From NCBI GenBank assembly GCA_965226495.1, contig OZ245365.1, forward strand, positions 5,312,001 to 5,376,000: a DNA stretch of 64,000 bases, read 5' to 3'. This DNA comes from Candidatus Marinacidobacterales bacterium (GTDB lineage Bacteria > Acidobacteriota > Vicinamibacteria > Marinacidobacterales > DATDRI01). The position numbers were made by a program, and so were the translations under genes. Numbering within the stretch: the first letter of the stretch is position 1; each line of letters starts with the position of its first letter. Below are positions 1 through 9,263 of the stretch, in pieces. A model generated the notes under the pieces. The model made no database searches. It had not been told where the DNA came from and saw only the letters and a program-made list of their open reading frames with translations.

Positions 1-106
1 CCTTAAGACCTTTAGATTGTAGCACAAAGAGGAGTTACCCCCAAGACGCCCCAGGGGCACAACACGGTTTGTTCGCCCCGGCAGTTTTGGCTAAACTTCG
101 AGACAT

Positions 107-502
107 ATGGATAGACGGTTCTTCACGGTGCTGGAAGCCAACGAGTTGATCCCTTTCCTTACCGAGCGATTGCGTCAGCTCCGCTCGATCTATCAGGGCC
201 TGGAGAGCAACGCGATAAGCTGCACTCCCAGCCTCCAAGACGTCATCGTTCGCGGCGGCATCCCGGTGGATACCGCCTATCTGCACTTAGTCGGACGAAT
301 CCAAGGAATTACGTCGGAGATCTGTTCTCAGGGATGTCAGCTCAAGGATCTAGAGAGTGGTCTCATCGATTTCCCCACGGTTTGGGAAGGTCGCGAGGTC
401 TTTCTCTGCTGGAAGCTTGGCGAGCAAGAAGTGAGCTTTTGGCACGAAGTAGACGCCGGTTTTACCGGCCGGCAACCGTTGAAGAGCGACCTTCCTGCTT
501 AG
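107..502 (+). CDS. DUF2203 family protein
   Basis: F-T-x-x-EAN start and KDLESGLIDFP...VFLCWKLGE...FWHEVDAGFTGRQP motifs typical of DUF2203. Confidence 0.85.
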   Translation: MDRRFFTVLEANELIPFLTERLRQLRSIYQGLESNAISCTPSLQDVIVRGGIPVDTAYLHLVGRIQGITSEICSQGCQLKDLESGLIDFPTVWEGREVFLCWKLGEQEVSFWHEVDAGFTGRQPLKSDLPA

Positions 503-505
503 TTC

Positions 506-1345
506 CTAAGACGGCTCCCGTTCGACATCCTCGGGTGGTGCTAGCTCCAGGTCGACCGTCGTCGTCGTACCCGCCTCGATGAGCACCTGCACTTCGGATT
601 CACCCAACCACTCGTGCCAGGTCCTGAGCCGATATTCTCCGGCAGGAATATCTCCGATAAGATACGCTCCCTGGGGAGTGGTCAATGCATAGTAGGGATG
701 TTCTTGCACTACGATGTAACCACTCATCCACGTGTGGCCGGCATCGCATTTCAAGCTCACCAATCCGGGATCGTCGAGCCTCCGTCGCATTCGGAATCCC
801 TGGACAGGCAGTGCTAGGTTGAAGATCGTAGCGCTGCCGTTCATGGTGGCGTGCACGTTGTGGAGGATCGGATCGCTGTTATGAATGTCGACGGACGTTC
901 CCGGAGGGACGATTTGAATGTGAGGGATGTACACGCATTGTTTCTGATCGAGCTTTGCCGAGTCGGATAGCTCCGGCATTTCCTTTCCCTGAGTTACACC
1001 CACCAAAGAAACCACCACGTTCGCGATGGTGTTCTCCTTTCCCAACTCTATAGATGGATCCGGAGTCTGTTCACCGCACGTGGCTTGATCTTTAAGCACC
1101 GGCCTCTCGGCCTGGGGTGGGAGAAAAGCAGAGAGGCGAACGGTGCCTGCGATCGCACCCCCGTCATCGACGGCAATGGTTTCATAGGCCGGAGCCCGGG
1201 CGCTTTCGCTTTCACGCGGTGAGCCAACATCACCGAACCCATCGTCACTAGATCCCGGGGTGGCTCGGCTTTCCCCGCCTGAGCACGCGAGCAGAGAGTA
1301 GAGCAAGAAAGTTAGCGTCGGAGCGCGATAGCTGTAGAATCTCAA
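506..1345 (-). CDS. Lipoprotein with cupredoxin-like and carboxypeptidase regulatory-like domains (paralog 1)
   Basis: Lipobox LLAC; LDQKQCVYIPH, HNVH, CDAGHTWM, HPYYA and WHE motifs; TTG start. Confidence 0.8.
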   Translation of the reverse strand: MRFYSYRAPTLTFLLYSLLACSGGESRATPGSSDDGFGDVGSPRESESARAPAYETIAVDDGGAIAGTVRLSAFLPPQAERPVLKDQATCGEQTPDPSIELGKENTIANVVVSLVGVTQGKEMPELSDSAKLDQKQCVYIPHIQIVPPGTSVDIHNSDPILHNVHATMNGSATIFNLALPVQGFRMRRRLDDPGLVSLKCDAGHTWMSGYIVVQEHPYYALTTPQGAYLIGDIPAGEYRLRTWHEWLGESEVQVLIEAGTTTTVDLELAPPEDVEREPS

Positions 1346-1458
1346 AACCTGGTCTCTTGTTCCTTTGTTGATTCCCTCTCGGCCTGTTGGTAGGCTGTCG
1401 AGAGGGTAGGATGAGGGTCGTTCACTGTCAACCGAGGTATACTCCCTGCAAGGTCAAC

Positions 1459-2025
1459 ATGCCTTTCGCCTACTACCGGAAGCTCAACGCGCGTCAGAAG
1501 ACCATCTACCGCGAGAGCGACCGCGTCGAACAAGTAAAGCTCCGGTTGACGAGTGACTTCGAGACGCTAGTTGACGCCCTCGCACGATCTCTCGAGGCGG
1601 AAGACCAACCCAACACCCAGCGGGCGGCGCAGTCACTGGTGTCACACCTTACCGAGTCGCTTGGCGTCTCGCCACTGAGGGTCAATGTGCTTCGGCGGCG
1701 GCCGTCCTGGGAGACCGGTGAGCTACATGGTCTCTACGAGCCGGGAGACAACGGCGTCAACCGAGTCTCGGTATGGATGCGGACCGCTCAGCGTGCCCAG
1801 GTTGTGAAGTTCAAGACGTTTCTTCGCACGCTTCTGCACGAGCTCTGCCACCACCTCGACTACGAGCAACTCGGGCTCGAGGAGTCCTTTCATACTGAAG
1901 GATTCTACAAGCGCGAGTCGAGCCTCTTGCGACAGCTCTACCCCGGGCAGCCGAGCGGAAATGAAAGCGGCAATCGCCCCTCGTCGAGGCCTTCCACTCC
2001 CAAGCAGCGCGCCGTGCACCCTTAG
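1459..2025 (+). CDS. Small HExxH zinc metallopeptidase-like protein (SprT/WLM-like)
   Basis: LLHELCHHLD...SFHTEGF motif; ATG at 1459 preferred over 1387. Confidence 0.65.
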   Translation: MPFAYYRKLNARQKTIYRESDRVEQVKLRLTSDFETLVDALARSLEAEDQPNTQRAAQSLVSHLTESLGVSPLRVNVLRRRPSWETGELHGLYEPGDNGVNRVSVWMRTAQRAQVVKFKTFLRTLLHELCHHLDYEQLGLEESFHTEGFYKRESSLLRQLYPGQPSGNESGNRPSSRPSTPKQRAVHP

Positions 2026-2177
2026 TTGCTTTGTCTCGAAGATCCTATATACTAATCGGTCGGCTGTTGAGGATGGGTTACCCCTGCAGCCACCCCCAGA
2101 ACCGGGCTTACCGCTCGGTCGATGTGGCGGCCCACAGCCCGTCAATTAGCATTTTGGCATTCTACTGGAGGATCTGA

Positions 2178-2948
2178 ATGATCAAGCAAGTTCTTGCTGT
2201 TCTTTTCACGTTGGCACTCGTCGGTTGCGGCGGAGGCGAAGAAGCCACGACTTCGAGTCCCGCAAAGAGCTCGACGCCCGCTCCGCCGCCGGTAGATTCG
2301 GCCACCGCAGGTTCCATCATCGGAACCGCCGTCCTGGAAGGCGATGCCCCAGAGCAAAAAACCGTCCAGATGAGCGCCGACCCCGTTTGCGCGAAAATGC
2401 ACACTTCGCCGGTGCAGACTGAGTTCGTCGTCGTTAACGCGGACGGCACACTAGCAAATGTGTTTGTTTATGTGAAGGACGGGCTCGGTGGACGCAAGTT
2501 CCCCACACCCAGTGAGGCGGTAGTGCTCGACCAAAACGGTTGCACCTACCACCCGCATGTTTTCGGAATCATGGTTGGCCAAGAATTGAGCGTGGTGAAT
2601 AGCGATGATACGCTTCATAACATCCACGCCATGCCGGAAAAAAACCCACAGTTCAACATCGGACAACCGATTAAGGGACTCACCACCAAGAAGACTTTCG
2701 AGCTCCCCGAGGTCATGGTGCCGTTCAAGTGCGACGTCCACAAATGGATGAACTCGTACGCCGGCGTGTTGGACCATCCCTACTTTGGCGTCACCGGCAC
2801 GACCGGCTCGTTCGAGATTGGGAATCTTCCTCCCGGCGACTATGTTGTCGAAGCATGGCACGAGAGACTGGGCGCTCAGACTCAAAACGTGACGGTCGGT
2901 GAGAAAGAAGCCAAGGAAATCTCCTTTTCCTTCAAAGCCTCCGAGTAA
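2178..2948 (+). CDS. Lipoprotein with cupredoxin-like and carboxypeptidase regulatory-like domains (paralog 2)
   Basis: GGAGG RBS; lipobox LVGC; LDQNGCTYHPH, HNIH, CDVHKWM, HPYF and WHE motifs. Confidence 0.85.
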   Translation: MIKQVLAVLFTLALVGCGGGEEATTSSPAKSSTPAPPPVDSATAGSIIGTAVLEGDAPEQKTVQMSADPVCAKMHTSPVQTEFVVVNADGTLANVFVYVKDGLGGRKFPTPSEAVVLDQNGCTYHPHVFGIMVGQELSVVNSDDTLHNIHAMPEKNPQFNIGQPIKGLTTKKTFELPEVMVPFKCDVHKWMNSYAGVLDHPYFGVTGTTGSFEIGNLPPGDYVVEAWHERLGAQTQNVTVGEKEAKEISFSFKASE

Positions 2949-2969
2949 TATCGGACGCGCCTTTCTAAA

Positions 2970-3008
2970 CTAGAAGAGACGCGGCGGTGCTCGCCGCGTC
3001 TCTTCTAG
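2970..3008. terminator. 17-bp perfect hairpin (terminator or mRNA-stabilising stem)
   Basis: ctagaagagacgcggcg-gtgct-cgccgcgtctcttctag between the lipoprotein gene and ctaA. Confidence 0.65.
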
Positions 3009-3029
3009 ATTCTCCTCTTCTGATTTCTA

Positions 3030-4028
3030 ATGGCCAGGTCAAAAAGCACCATACAAGCTCAACAGGCCAACCAAGCCTACCAAAAACGTTGGCTGCATCG
3101 CTTCGCGGTAGTAACCGCCGCATGCACGTGGGTGCTCATCTGGGCAGGCGGATTGGTAACTAGCACCGGCTCGGGGCTTGCCGTCCCTGACTGGCCGCTT
3201 TCCTACGGTATGCTCATGCCCCCGATGGTGGGCGGGATCCTCTACGAGCATGGCCATCGCATGGTGGCTACGTCGGTCGGCATGTTGACGACGGTTCTGG
3301 CGATCTGGCTTTGGCATTCCGAGCCACGCCAGTGGGTGCGCCGGCTAGGAGTAGCGGCATTGGCAATGGTCATCACTCAGGGAGTATTGGGCGGGATTAC
3401 GGTCATTTTTCTTCTGCCTACGCCGATCTCGGTCACGCATGCGACGTTGGCGCAGACCTTCTTCTGTGTCGTCGTCCTTCTCGCCTTCGCGACGTCTAGG
3501 GAATGGAAAACCGCGGTGAGGATGACGGATCGAGCCCATCCTTCGCTTCGAACGGTTGCGTTGATCGCAACGGGCGGTATCTATCTCCAGCTCATCCTGG
3601 GCGCGACGGTGCGGCACACCGGAGCCGCTCTTGCGATTCCGGACTTCCCACTAGCCTTTGGAGGCTTGGTTCCACCGCTCGAGACCGCACCGGTGGCCAT
3701 TCATTTTGCTCACCGGATGTTTGCTCTGGTCGTCCTGGGAGCCTTGGGATGGCTCGTGAGTCGTATCTGGCGTGAGCATTCGGGCGACACCCGGTTCACT
3801 CGACCGGCGATCGTGCTCTCTTGCCTCGTCGTCGTGCAGGTGCTCCTCGGGGGGACGATCGTCTGGACCTCTCGAGCGGTCTTCCCGGCGACGGCTCACG
3901 TGGCGATGGGCGCGCTACTCTTGGCCACCTCGTGGCTCTTGACGCTCCGGGCGTTCATACATCTCACCCCGGAGGCGGCACCCTCGATGAGCTCGATGTC
4001 CGTCGCCGAGAACCGGGGTTTGTCATAG
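3030..4028 (+). CDS. ctaA: Heme A synthase (COX15/CtaA)
   Basis: GSGLAVPDWP, EHGHRMVA and HFAHRMFA motifs; 8-TM pattern; next to the cox operon. Confidence 0.9.
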   Translation: MARSKSTIQAQQANQAYQKRWLHRFAVVTAACTWVLIWAGGLVTSTGSGLAVPDWPLSYGMLMPPMVGGILYEHGHRMVATSVGMLTTVLAIWLWHSEPRQWVRRLGVAALAMVITQGVLGGITVIFLLPTPISVTHATLAQTFFCVVVLLAFATSREWKTAVRMTDRAHPSLRTVALIATGGIYLQLILGATVRHTGAALAIPDFPLAFGGLVPPLETAPVAIHFAHRMFALVVLGALGWLVSRIWREHSGDTRFTRPAIVLSCLVVVQVLLGGTIVWTSRAVFPATAHVAMGALLLATSWLLTLRAFIHLTPEAAPSMSSMSVAENRGLS

Positions 4029-4438
4029 ACGCTTCGATCCTCCCCAACGTCAATGCGGCCCTGAACGCGGCCGCCGCCTGCTTCCTAACAGCCGGTTATT
4101 TTTTCATCCGCCGAAAGCACATCCGCGCGCACCGGATGTCTATGGTCGCAGCCTTCCTTACCTCGAGCCTCTTCCTGGCTTCCTACGTCTATTACCACTA
4201 CCAAGTAGGCTCCGTTGCCTTCACCGGACAGGGTTGGGTGCGTCCGGTTTATTTTGCCCTTCTGATCTCGCACATCGTGCTGGCTGCCCTCATCCTTCCC
4301 CTGGCCCTGGTGACCCTTTACCGAGCGCTGAAAGGTAACTTCGAGCTCCATCGACGGATCGCTCGATGGACACTTCCCATTTGGCTGTACGTGTCGGTGA
4401 CCGGCGTGACGATCTATTGGATGCTTTACTGGCTCTGA
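4025..4438 (+). CDS. DUF420 (CtaM/YozB-like) oxidase assembly membrane protein; start uncertain
   Basis: LPNVNAALN, AHRMSM, FLASYVYYH, ISHIVLA and HRRIARWTLPIWLYVSVTG motifs; apparent ATA start overlapping the ctaA stop. Confidence 0.85.
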   Translation: MDASILPNVNAALNAAAACFLTAGYFFIRRKHIRAHRMSMVAAFLTSSLFLASYVYYHYQVGSVAFTGQGWVRPVYFALLISHIVLAALILPLALVTLYRALKGNFELHRRIARWTLPIWLYVSVTGVTIYWMLYWL

Positions 4439-4683
4439 GTTTCCGTTTGGGATTTTTTTCTGGAAAGCCAGATCGCTGCGGCCAGCGTTCCGAAGACGAG
4501 ATAAGGGAATGGAAGAAGGAAGAGAATGGCGTTGTTGAACCCTCCCTGCAACCGCTGGCCCTCGATGGATCCGGCAAGGGCAGTGCGGCACATGGAGCAC
4601 TGAGCAAATAGCTGTTCTGCGCCAAGGACCGCAACGACGCAAACGACCGCCAGCGCGACGGAGACTCGCTTCGGAGAAAACAT
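4426..4683 (-). CDS. Small membrane protein with AQCSMC motif
   Basis: Signal-like N-terminus, AQCSMC, C-terminal TM; last gene of the cox operon. Confidence 0.65.
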   Translation of the reverse strand: MFSPKRVSVALAVVCVVAVLGAEQLFAQCSMCRTALAGSIEGQRLQGGFNNAILFLLPFPYLVFGTLAAAIWLSRKKSQTETQSQ

Positions 4684-4688
4684 CGTGC

Positions 4689-4997
4689 CTATTTCAGCGG
4701 AAACGTGAGGTGTTGGAAGACGTTCGACCCGTCATAGGCCGGCAACACGAACATCAGCGCGCCGACGAGGAACATGCCGACGAGGACGGTCATGGCGAGA
4801 GTCGGCTTCTCCGAGCGCATGTGCATGAAATAGAAGATGATCAGGTACGCCTTGGCCGCGGCTCCAAGCAGTAGCAAAGTGGCCTTGGGCACGTAGCCCA
4901 GGTTCGCTTCGCCGATGAAGATCATTACGAAGGTGAGGACCAGCAAGACCCCCCAGATCATCCAATAGAGGCCGTAACCATGTGACTCGCTCGACAT
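4689..4997 (-). CDS. Cytochrome c oxidase subunit IV family protein
   Basis: 3 TM helices, KAYLIIFYFMHMR motif; operon position. Confidence 0.85.
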   Translation of the reverse strand: MSSESHGYGLYWMIWGVLLVLTFVMIFIGEANLGYVPKATLLLLGAAAKAYLIIFYFMHMRSEKPTLAMTVLVGMFLVGALMFVLPAYDGSNVFQHLTFPLK

Positions 4998-5016
4998 TTG
5001 TTTCTCCCCTCCCTCG

Positions 5017-5631
5017 TCAAATGAGATAGAAAAAGGCGAAGATGAAAACCCAAACCAAATCGACGAAGTGCCAATACAAACCTGCGATTTCGACTCCCTC
5101 GGCGGAGTAACGACCGAGGGCAGATCGGATAGCCACCACCAAAAGAATAGTTACCCCGGTGATGACGTGCATTCCGTGGAAGCCAGTAATGACGAAGAAG
5201 CAAGCACCGAACTGAGGGATCCCCCAGGGATTGGTGGTCAGCCGCGCTCCCTCTCCGATGATGGTGGACCATTCGTAGACTTGCATGCCCAGGAAGCTCA
5301 AGCCCCCTAGAATGGTCAGCCAAACATACATGGTCACGTGAGGCTTTCTCCCCACCTTGGCCGCACCCACCGCGGATGCCATGAAGAGACTGCTGGTGAT
5401 AAGGGTGAACGTCATCAGGGCGATGAAATTCATGTGAAATACTTCGCTCTGATCGGGCCAACTGCCGTTCGCCACCCGCATGACCCCGTATCCCACGAGG
5501 AGCCCCCCAAAGAGCAAGGCATCGGTCACGATGAAGATCCACATCATCAGCTTCTGCCAGCTGGTGTCGAATGGAGAGACGCCACCCGACCAGACCGATT
5601 CCGTGGCCTGGCTGGCTGCGCTTTGATTCAT
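5017..5631 (-). CDS. Cytochrome c oxidase subunit III (second gene)
   Basis: KLMMWIFIVTD, ITGFHGMHV and GLYWHFVDLVW motifs; ATG at 5631 with GGAGG RBS. Confidence 0.9.
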   Translation of the reverse strand: MNQSAASQATESVWSGGVSPFDTSWQKLMMWIFIVTDALLFGGLLVGYGVMRVANGSWPDQSEVFHMNFIALMTFTLITSSLFMASAVGAAKVGRKPHVTMYVWLTILGGLSFLGMQVYEWSTIIGEGARLTTNPWGIPQFGACFFVITGFHGMHVITGVTILLVVAIRSALGRYSAEGVEIAGLYWHFVDLVWVFIFAFFYLI

Positions 5632-5656
5632 CTTGCCTCCTTGACCGTTCCCGGTC

Positions 5657-6298
5657 CTAGATGACGAACAGAACCACGAAGAGATAGATCCAAACTGCAT
5701 CCACGAAATGCCAGTACGTCGCGCATAAAGCGGGTGCGCTCGACACCCCCGGCGTCAGCTTGTAACGCCAGGATTGAACCAGCACATAAAGGAGAGCCAC
5801 CATCCCTCCCACTACGTGTAGTGCATGGACCGCTGTGAACACATAAAAAAACGAGCTGTGCGGGTGACTCTGGAGAAAGACTCCCTGCTCGGCGAGTTGT
5901 TGCCACGCCAATAGCTGACCACAGATAAACAACACTCCGAGGACGAATGTCGCCGACATCCACTTTCGGAAGGCGAGCGGTTTCCAGTTCTGGAAGGAAC
6001 GACGCGACAGTTCCATCGTGACGCTGCTGGCGAGCAGCACCGCGGTGCTCATCCACAAAACCGACGGTATTTGAAGCGGAGCCCAATCCGATCCTGCACG
6101 CCGTACGAGATAGGCACTCGTGAAGGCCGCAAAGAGCATCGTGACCGAGCCCAAGAAGACCCAGAGTCCAAGACGCGCGCTGTCGAACGGATGCGAGCTT
6201 TCGCGCCCTCCGCCGCCGCCAAAATCACCAGCGTCTGCACCGAAGCCTCCGCCACCCGTATCTGCCGCCGGTTTGGTCAATACGTCGGGCATGTTCAA
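5657..6298 (-). CDS. Cytochrome c oxidase subunit III (first gene)
   Basis: GLWVFLGS, FTAVHALHV and YWHFVDAVW motifs. Confidence 0.9.
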   Translation of the reverse strand: MNMPDVLTKPAADTGGGGFGADAGDFGGGGGRESSHPFDSARLGLWVFLGSVTMLFAAFTSAYLVRRAGSDWAPLQIPSVLWMSTAVLLASSVTMELSRRSFQNWKPLAFRKWMSATFVLGVLFICGQLLAWQQLAEQGVFLQSHPHSSFFYVFTAVHALHVVGGMVALLYVLVQSWRYKLTPGVSSAPALCATYWHFVDAVWIYLFVVLFVI

Positions 6299-7221
6299 AA
6301 GCTCCGCTTGTCGAGAACCAGCAACGTCAGCAGCACGGGCATGTAGACGAGAGTAGCTGCCATCAGTTGGATAGCCAATCTACGTGAGCGCCCCGCGCCA
6401 AACCGAACACCATAAGCAAGTAGCACAACTCCCATGATGAGCGCACCGACCAAGTAGGCCGAACCGGCCACCCCGGTGACGGCGGGCAAGGCGCTGACCA
6501 CTATCAAAGCCAGACAGAAAAAGATCATTTGCGCCCGGGTACTGATGCCTCTAGCATCGACCAAAGGCAGTACCCGATATCCGACCCGCCTGTAGTCTTC
6601 CACATAGGTCGACGCGATGGCCCAGGTATGGGGGAATTGCCAAAGAAAGAGGATCCCGAAAAGGATCCACGCCTGCTGCCCGAGTCCATTCGTCACCGCA
6701 CTCCAACCCATCAACGTGGGGATGGCACCGGCGAGGGCTCCCGCAAACGTCGACCAGTGGGTCACACGCTTGAGGGGCGTATAGACGAAGACGTATACGA
6801 CCAATGCTAGCGCCGCCAGCACAGCAGTGAGGACGTTGGTGGACCACAAAAGAGTCCCCAGCCCCACAGCCGACATCAAACTGGCCGCCACCATGGCCTC
6901 CCGGACGCTCATCCGACCGGCGGGCAACGGTCGACGCGCGGTCCGTTCCATGAGTCGATCTTGATCGCGCTCGGCGACTTCGTTGTATGCATTCGCTCCG
7001 GCAATAACGAGAAGCGCACCCACCCCGAAGAGACTCAGTTTCGCGAGGTCGGGTGAGGCCCCCGAAGCAAGCCAAAATCCGACCAGGCCCGAGGAAAGCA
7101 CCAACAGGGACAGCCTCGCCTTAGATAGGACGAAATAGTCGCCGAGCTTCTGTCCTATGGCACCGAGGACGCCCGGCTGGGAAGTGCGTTCTGTCGCCTC
7201 GAGCTCGACTGCTTCTCTCAC
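6295..7221 (-). CDS. ctaB: Protoheme IX farnesyltransferase (heme O synthase)
   Basis: D-x-D-x-x-M-x-RTARRPLP, YTPLKR and LWQFPH motifs. Confidence 0.93.
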   Translation of the reverse strand: MREAVELEATERTSQPGVLGAIGQKLGDYFVLSKARLSLLVLSSGLVGFWLASGASPDLAKLSLFGVGALLVIAGANAYNEVAERDQDRLMERTARRPLPAGRMSVREAMVAASLMSAVGLGTLLWSTNVLTAVLAALALVVYVFVYTPLKRVTHWSTFAGALAGAIPTLMGWSAVTNGLGQQAWILFGILFLWQFPHTWAIASTYVEDYRRVGYRVLPLVDARGISTRAQMIFFCLALIVVSALPAVTGVAGSAYLVGALIMGVVLLAYGVRFGAGRSRRLAIQLMAATLVYMPVLLTLLVLDKRSF

Positions 7222-7224
7222 ACG

Positions 7225-8985
7225 CTAACCCTTGGTCTCGGCCTTGACCGGAGCCGCCCATTGCGTCACATGGTCGCCTGGTGCCCCGGGCACGTTGTAC
7301 TCATAGGGGCCGCGATGGACCTCGGGAAGATCGCCTTCCCAGTTCCCGTGCCCCGGTGGTACCGGCGTCGACCACTCGACGGTGTTGGATTCCCATGGAT
7401 TGGCCTCGGCCTTCTTCCCTTTGAAGATGCTCACGAAAAAGTTAGCCAGAAATATGAGCTGCGCGGTCCCGAGGATGAAGGCACTGATAGTGATAAAAGT
7501 GTTTATCGGTTGAAGTGGTTGCAGGTATTCATAAACATTTGGATCATAGATGCGCCGTATCATCCCCGAGATTCCCAGGTAATGCATGGGGAAAAACGTC
7601 CCGTAGTACGTGACGAACGTCAGCCAGAAGTGTACCTTCCCCCACTTTTCGCTCATATGCCGGCCGTACATCTTCGGGTACCAAAAATACGTCGCGGCGA
7701 GCGCTCCGAAGAGCCCGGCACCAGCCATAATGAAGTGGAAGTGGGCCACCACGAAGTAAGTATCGTGTAGCTGAATGTCGACGGCGTTCGTGCCCAGAAA
7801 GATTCCTGTGAGGCCTCCGGTTACGAAGAGTGAAACAATGGCCAGTGCGAAGAGCATCGGGGTGATGAAACGTATCCTCGCCTTCCATAACGTAGCCAGC
7901 CAATTGAAGACCTTGACCGCCGATGGGATCGCGACCGCCAGCGTGGTCGTCACGAACACACTTCCAAGGAACGGGCTCATGCCGCTCAAGAACATGTGAT
8001 GCCCCCATACCAAGAAGCTCAATGTTGCGATGGCGATCATGGCGTAGACCATCGATCGATAGCCGAAGATGGGGCGTCGTGCGCCAGCGGCCAGAATGTC
8101 CGAGGTGAATCCTAAAGCCGGGAGCATGATGATGTACACCTCGGGATGGCCTAGAAACCAGAAAAGGTGCTGCCAGAGCAACGGTGTCCCTCCCTGGTTG
8201 GGCAACAGTTGATCGGCCACGTACATGCCGGCGGGAAGGAAAAAGCTCGTGCCCGCGTGGCGATCGAAGAGAAGCAGTATCCCACCCGCCGCCAATGCGG
8301 GAAAGGATAGCAATCCCAAAACGCCTACGAGAAACTGAGCCCATGTCGTCAATGGAAGCCGCAACATCGACAGACCCTTGGTCCTCAAATTCAGGATCGT
8401 GACCACGAAGTTGAGCCCACCCATAGTGAACGCAGCGATAAAGAACACCATGCCGATGATCCAAAGGGTTTGACCGAGTTGAGAGCCAGGTATGGCTGTC
8501 TGCACAGCGCTCAGGGGCGGGTAGGCTGTCCACCCGGAGGCCGCCGCGCCGCCGGTCACAAAGAAGGAAATAATGATGATGATGGCCCCTGGCACCACGG
8601 TCCAGAACGAAAGCATATTCAGAAAGGGGAAGGCCATGTCACGGGCGCCGATCTGGAGTGGGATGAGAAGGTTGCCGAATCCACTCACTGGAGCCAGCGA
8701 CAGGACGAAAAAGACCATGATGGTGCCGTGCATCGTGAAGAGCGAGACATAGAACTCGGGAGTCATCACACCACTCGCCATCCCGACGGGCATGAGCGAC
8801 CCGAGGATCGGCCATTGCGTTCCCGGCCAACCGAGCTGGAGTCGGATGAGCATGGCGAGTAAGCCCCCGATCACCGCCATCGACATGGCGAGGATCAAGT
8901 ACTGCTTGCCGATCATCTTGTGATCGAAGCTGAAGATGTACCTACTTATGAAGCTCTGGGGCTCATGGTCATGAGCGTCGCTCAT
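7225..8985 (-). CDS. ctaD: Cytochrome c oxidase subunit I, A1 type
   Basis: DHKMIG, TMHGTIM, GWTAYPPL, WFLGHPEVY, VWGHHM and VVAHFH motifs. Confidence 0.97.
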   Translation of the reverse strand: MSDAHDHEPQSFISRYIFSFDHKMIGKQYLILAMSMAVIGGLLAMLIRLQLGWPGTQWPILGSLMPVGMASGVMTPEFYVSLFTMHGTIMVFFVLSLAPVSGFGNLLIPLQIGARDMAFPFLNMLSFWTVVPGAIIIIISFFVTGGAAASGWTAYPPLSAVQTAIPGSQLGQTLWIIGMVFFIAAFTMGGLNFVVTILNLRTKGLSMLRLPLTTWAQFLVGVLGLLSFPALAAGGILLLFDRHAGTSFFLPAGMYVADQLLPNQGGTPLLWQHLFWFLGHPEVYIIMLPALGFTSDILAAGARRPIFGYRSMVYAMIAIATLSFLVWGHHMFLSGMSPFLGSVFVTTTLAVAIPSAVKVFNWLATLWKARIRFITPMLFALAIVSLFVTGGLTGIFLGTNAVDIQLHDTYFVVAHFHFIMAGAGLFGALAATYFWYPKMYGRHMSEKWGKVHFWLTFVTYYGTFFPMHYLGISGMIRRIYDPNVYEYLQPLQPINTFITISAFILGTAQLIFLANFFVSIFKGKKAEANPWESNTVEWSTPVPPGHGNWEGDLPEVHRGPYEYNVPGAPGDHVTQWAAPVKAETKG

Positions 8986-9141
8986 GTTGGGTCTCCTTTA
9001 TTAATGCTCGCTCACTCACTCACTCTTCGCTCGGGCCTAAAACCACGACCGGGTTCCCTTGCCGCGCATTCCGTTCGCAATTCCTCCCGCCCGGCGACCC
9101 TATCGGGTCGCATAACTGGCTCGCATATTCTTTCATCCATC

Positions 9142-9237
9142 AATTGCCTGGGGCCCCACCCCCAGGCCAGTCGCTCCGGCGACTCCGCGCCTGCACGACA
9201 GCTGAAGGCTCTCCGGCCGGCCGGCGCTAACGTGCCG
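9142..9237. repeat. Intergenic GC-rich palindromic repeat, copy 1
   Basis: gcctggggccccacccccaggc...gacagctgaaggctctccggccgg; near-identical to 18651-18746. Confidence 0.8.
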
Positions 9238-9263
9238 GTTGTTAGTCTCGCTCGCTCCTGACA

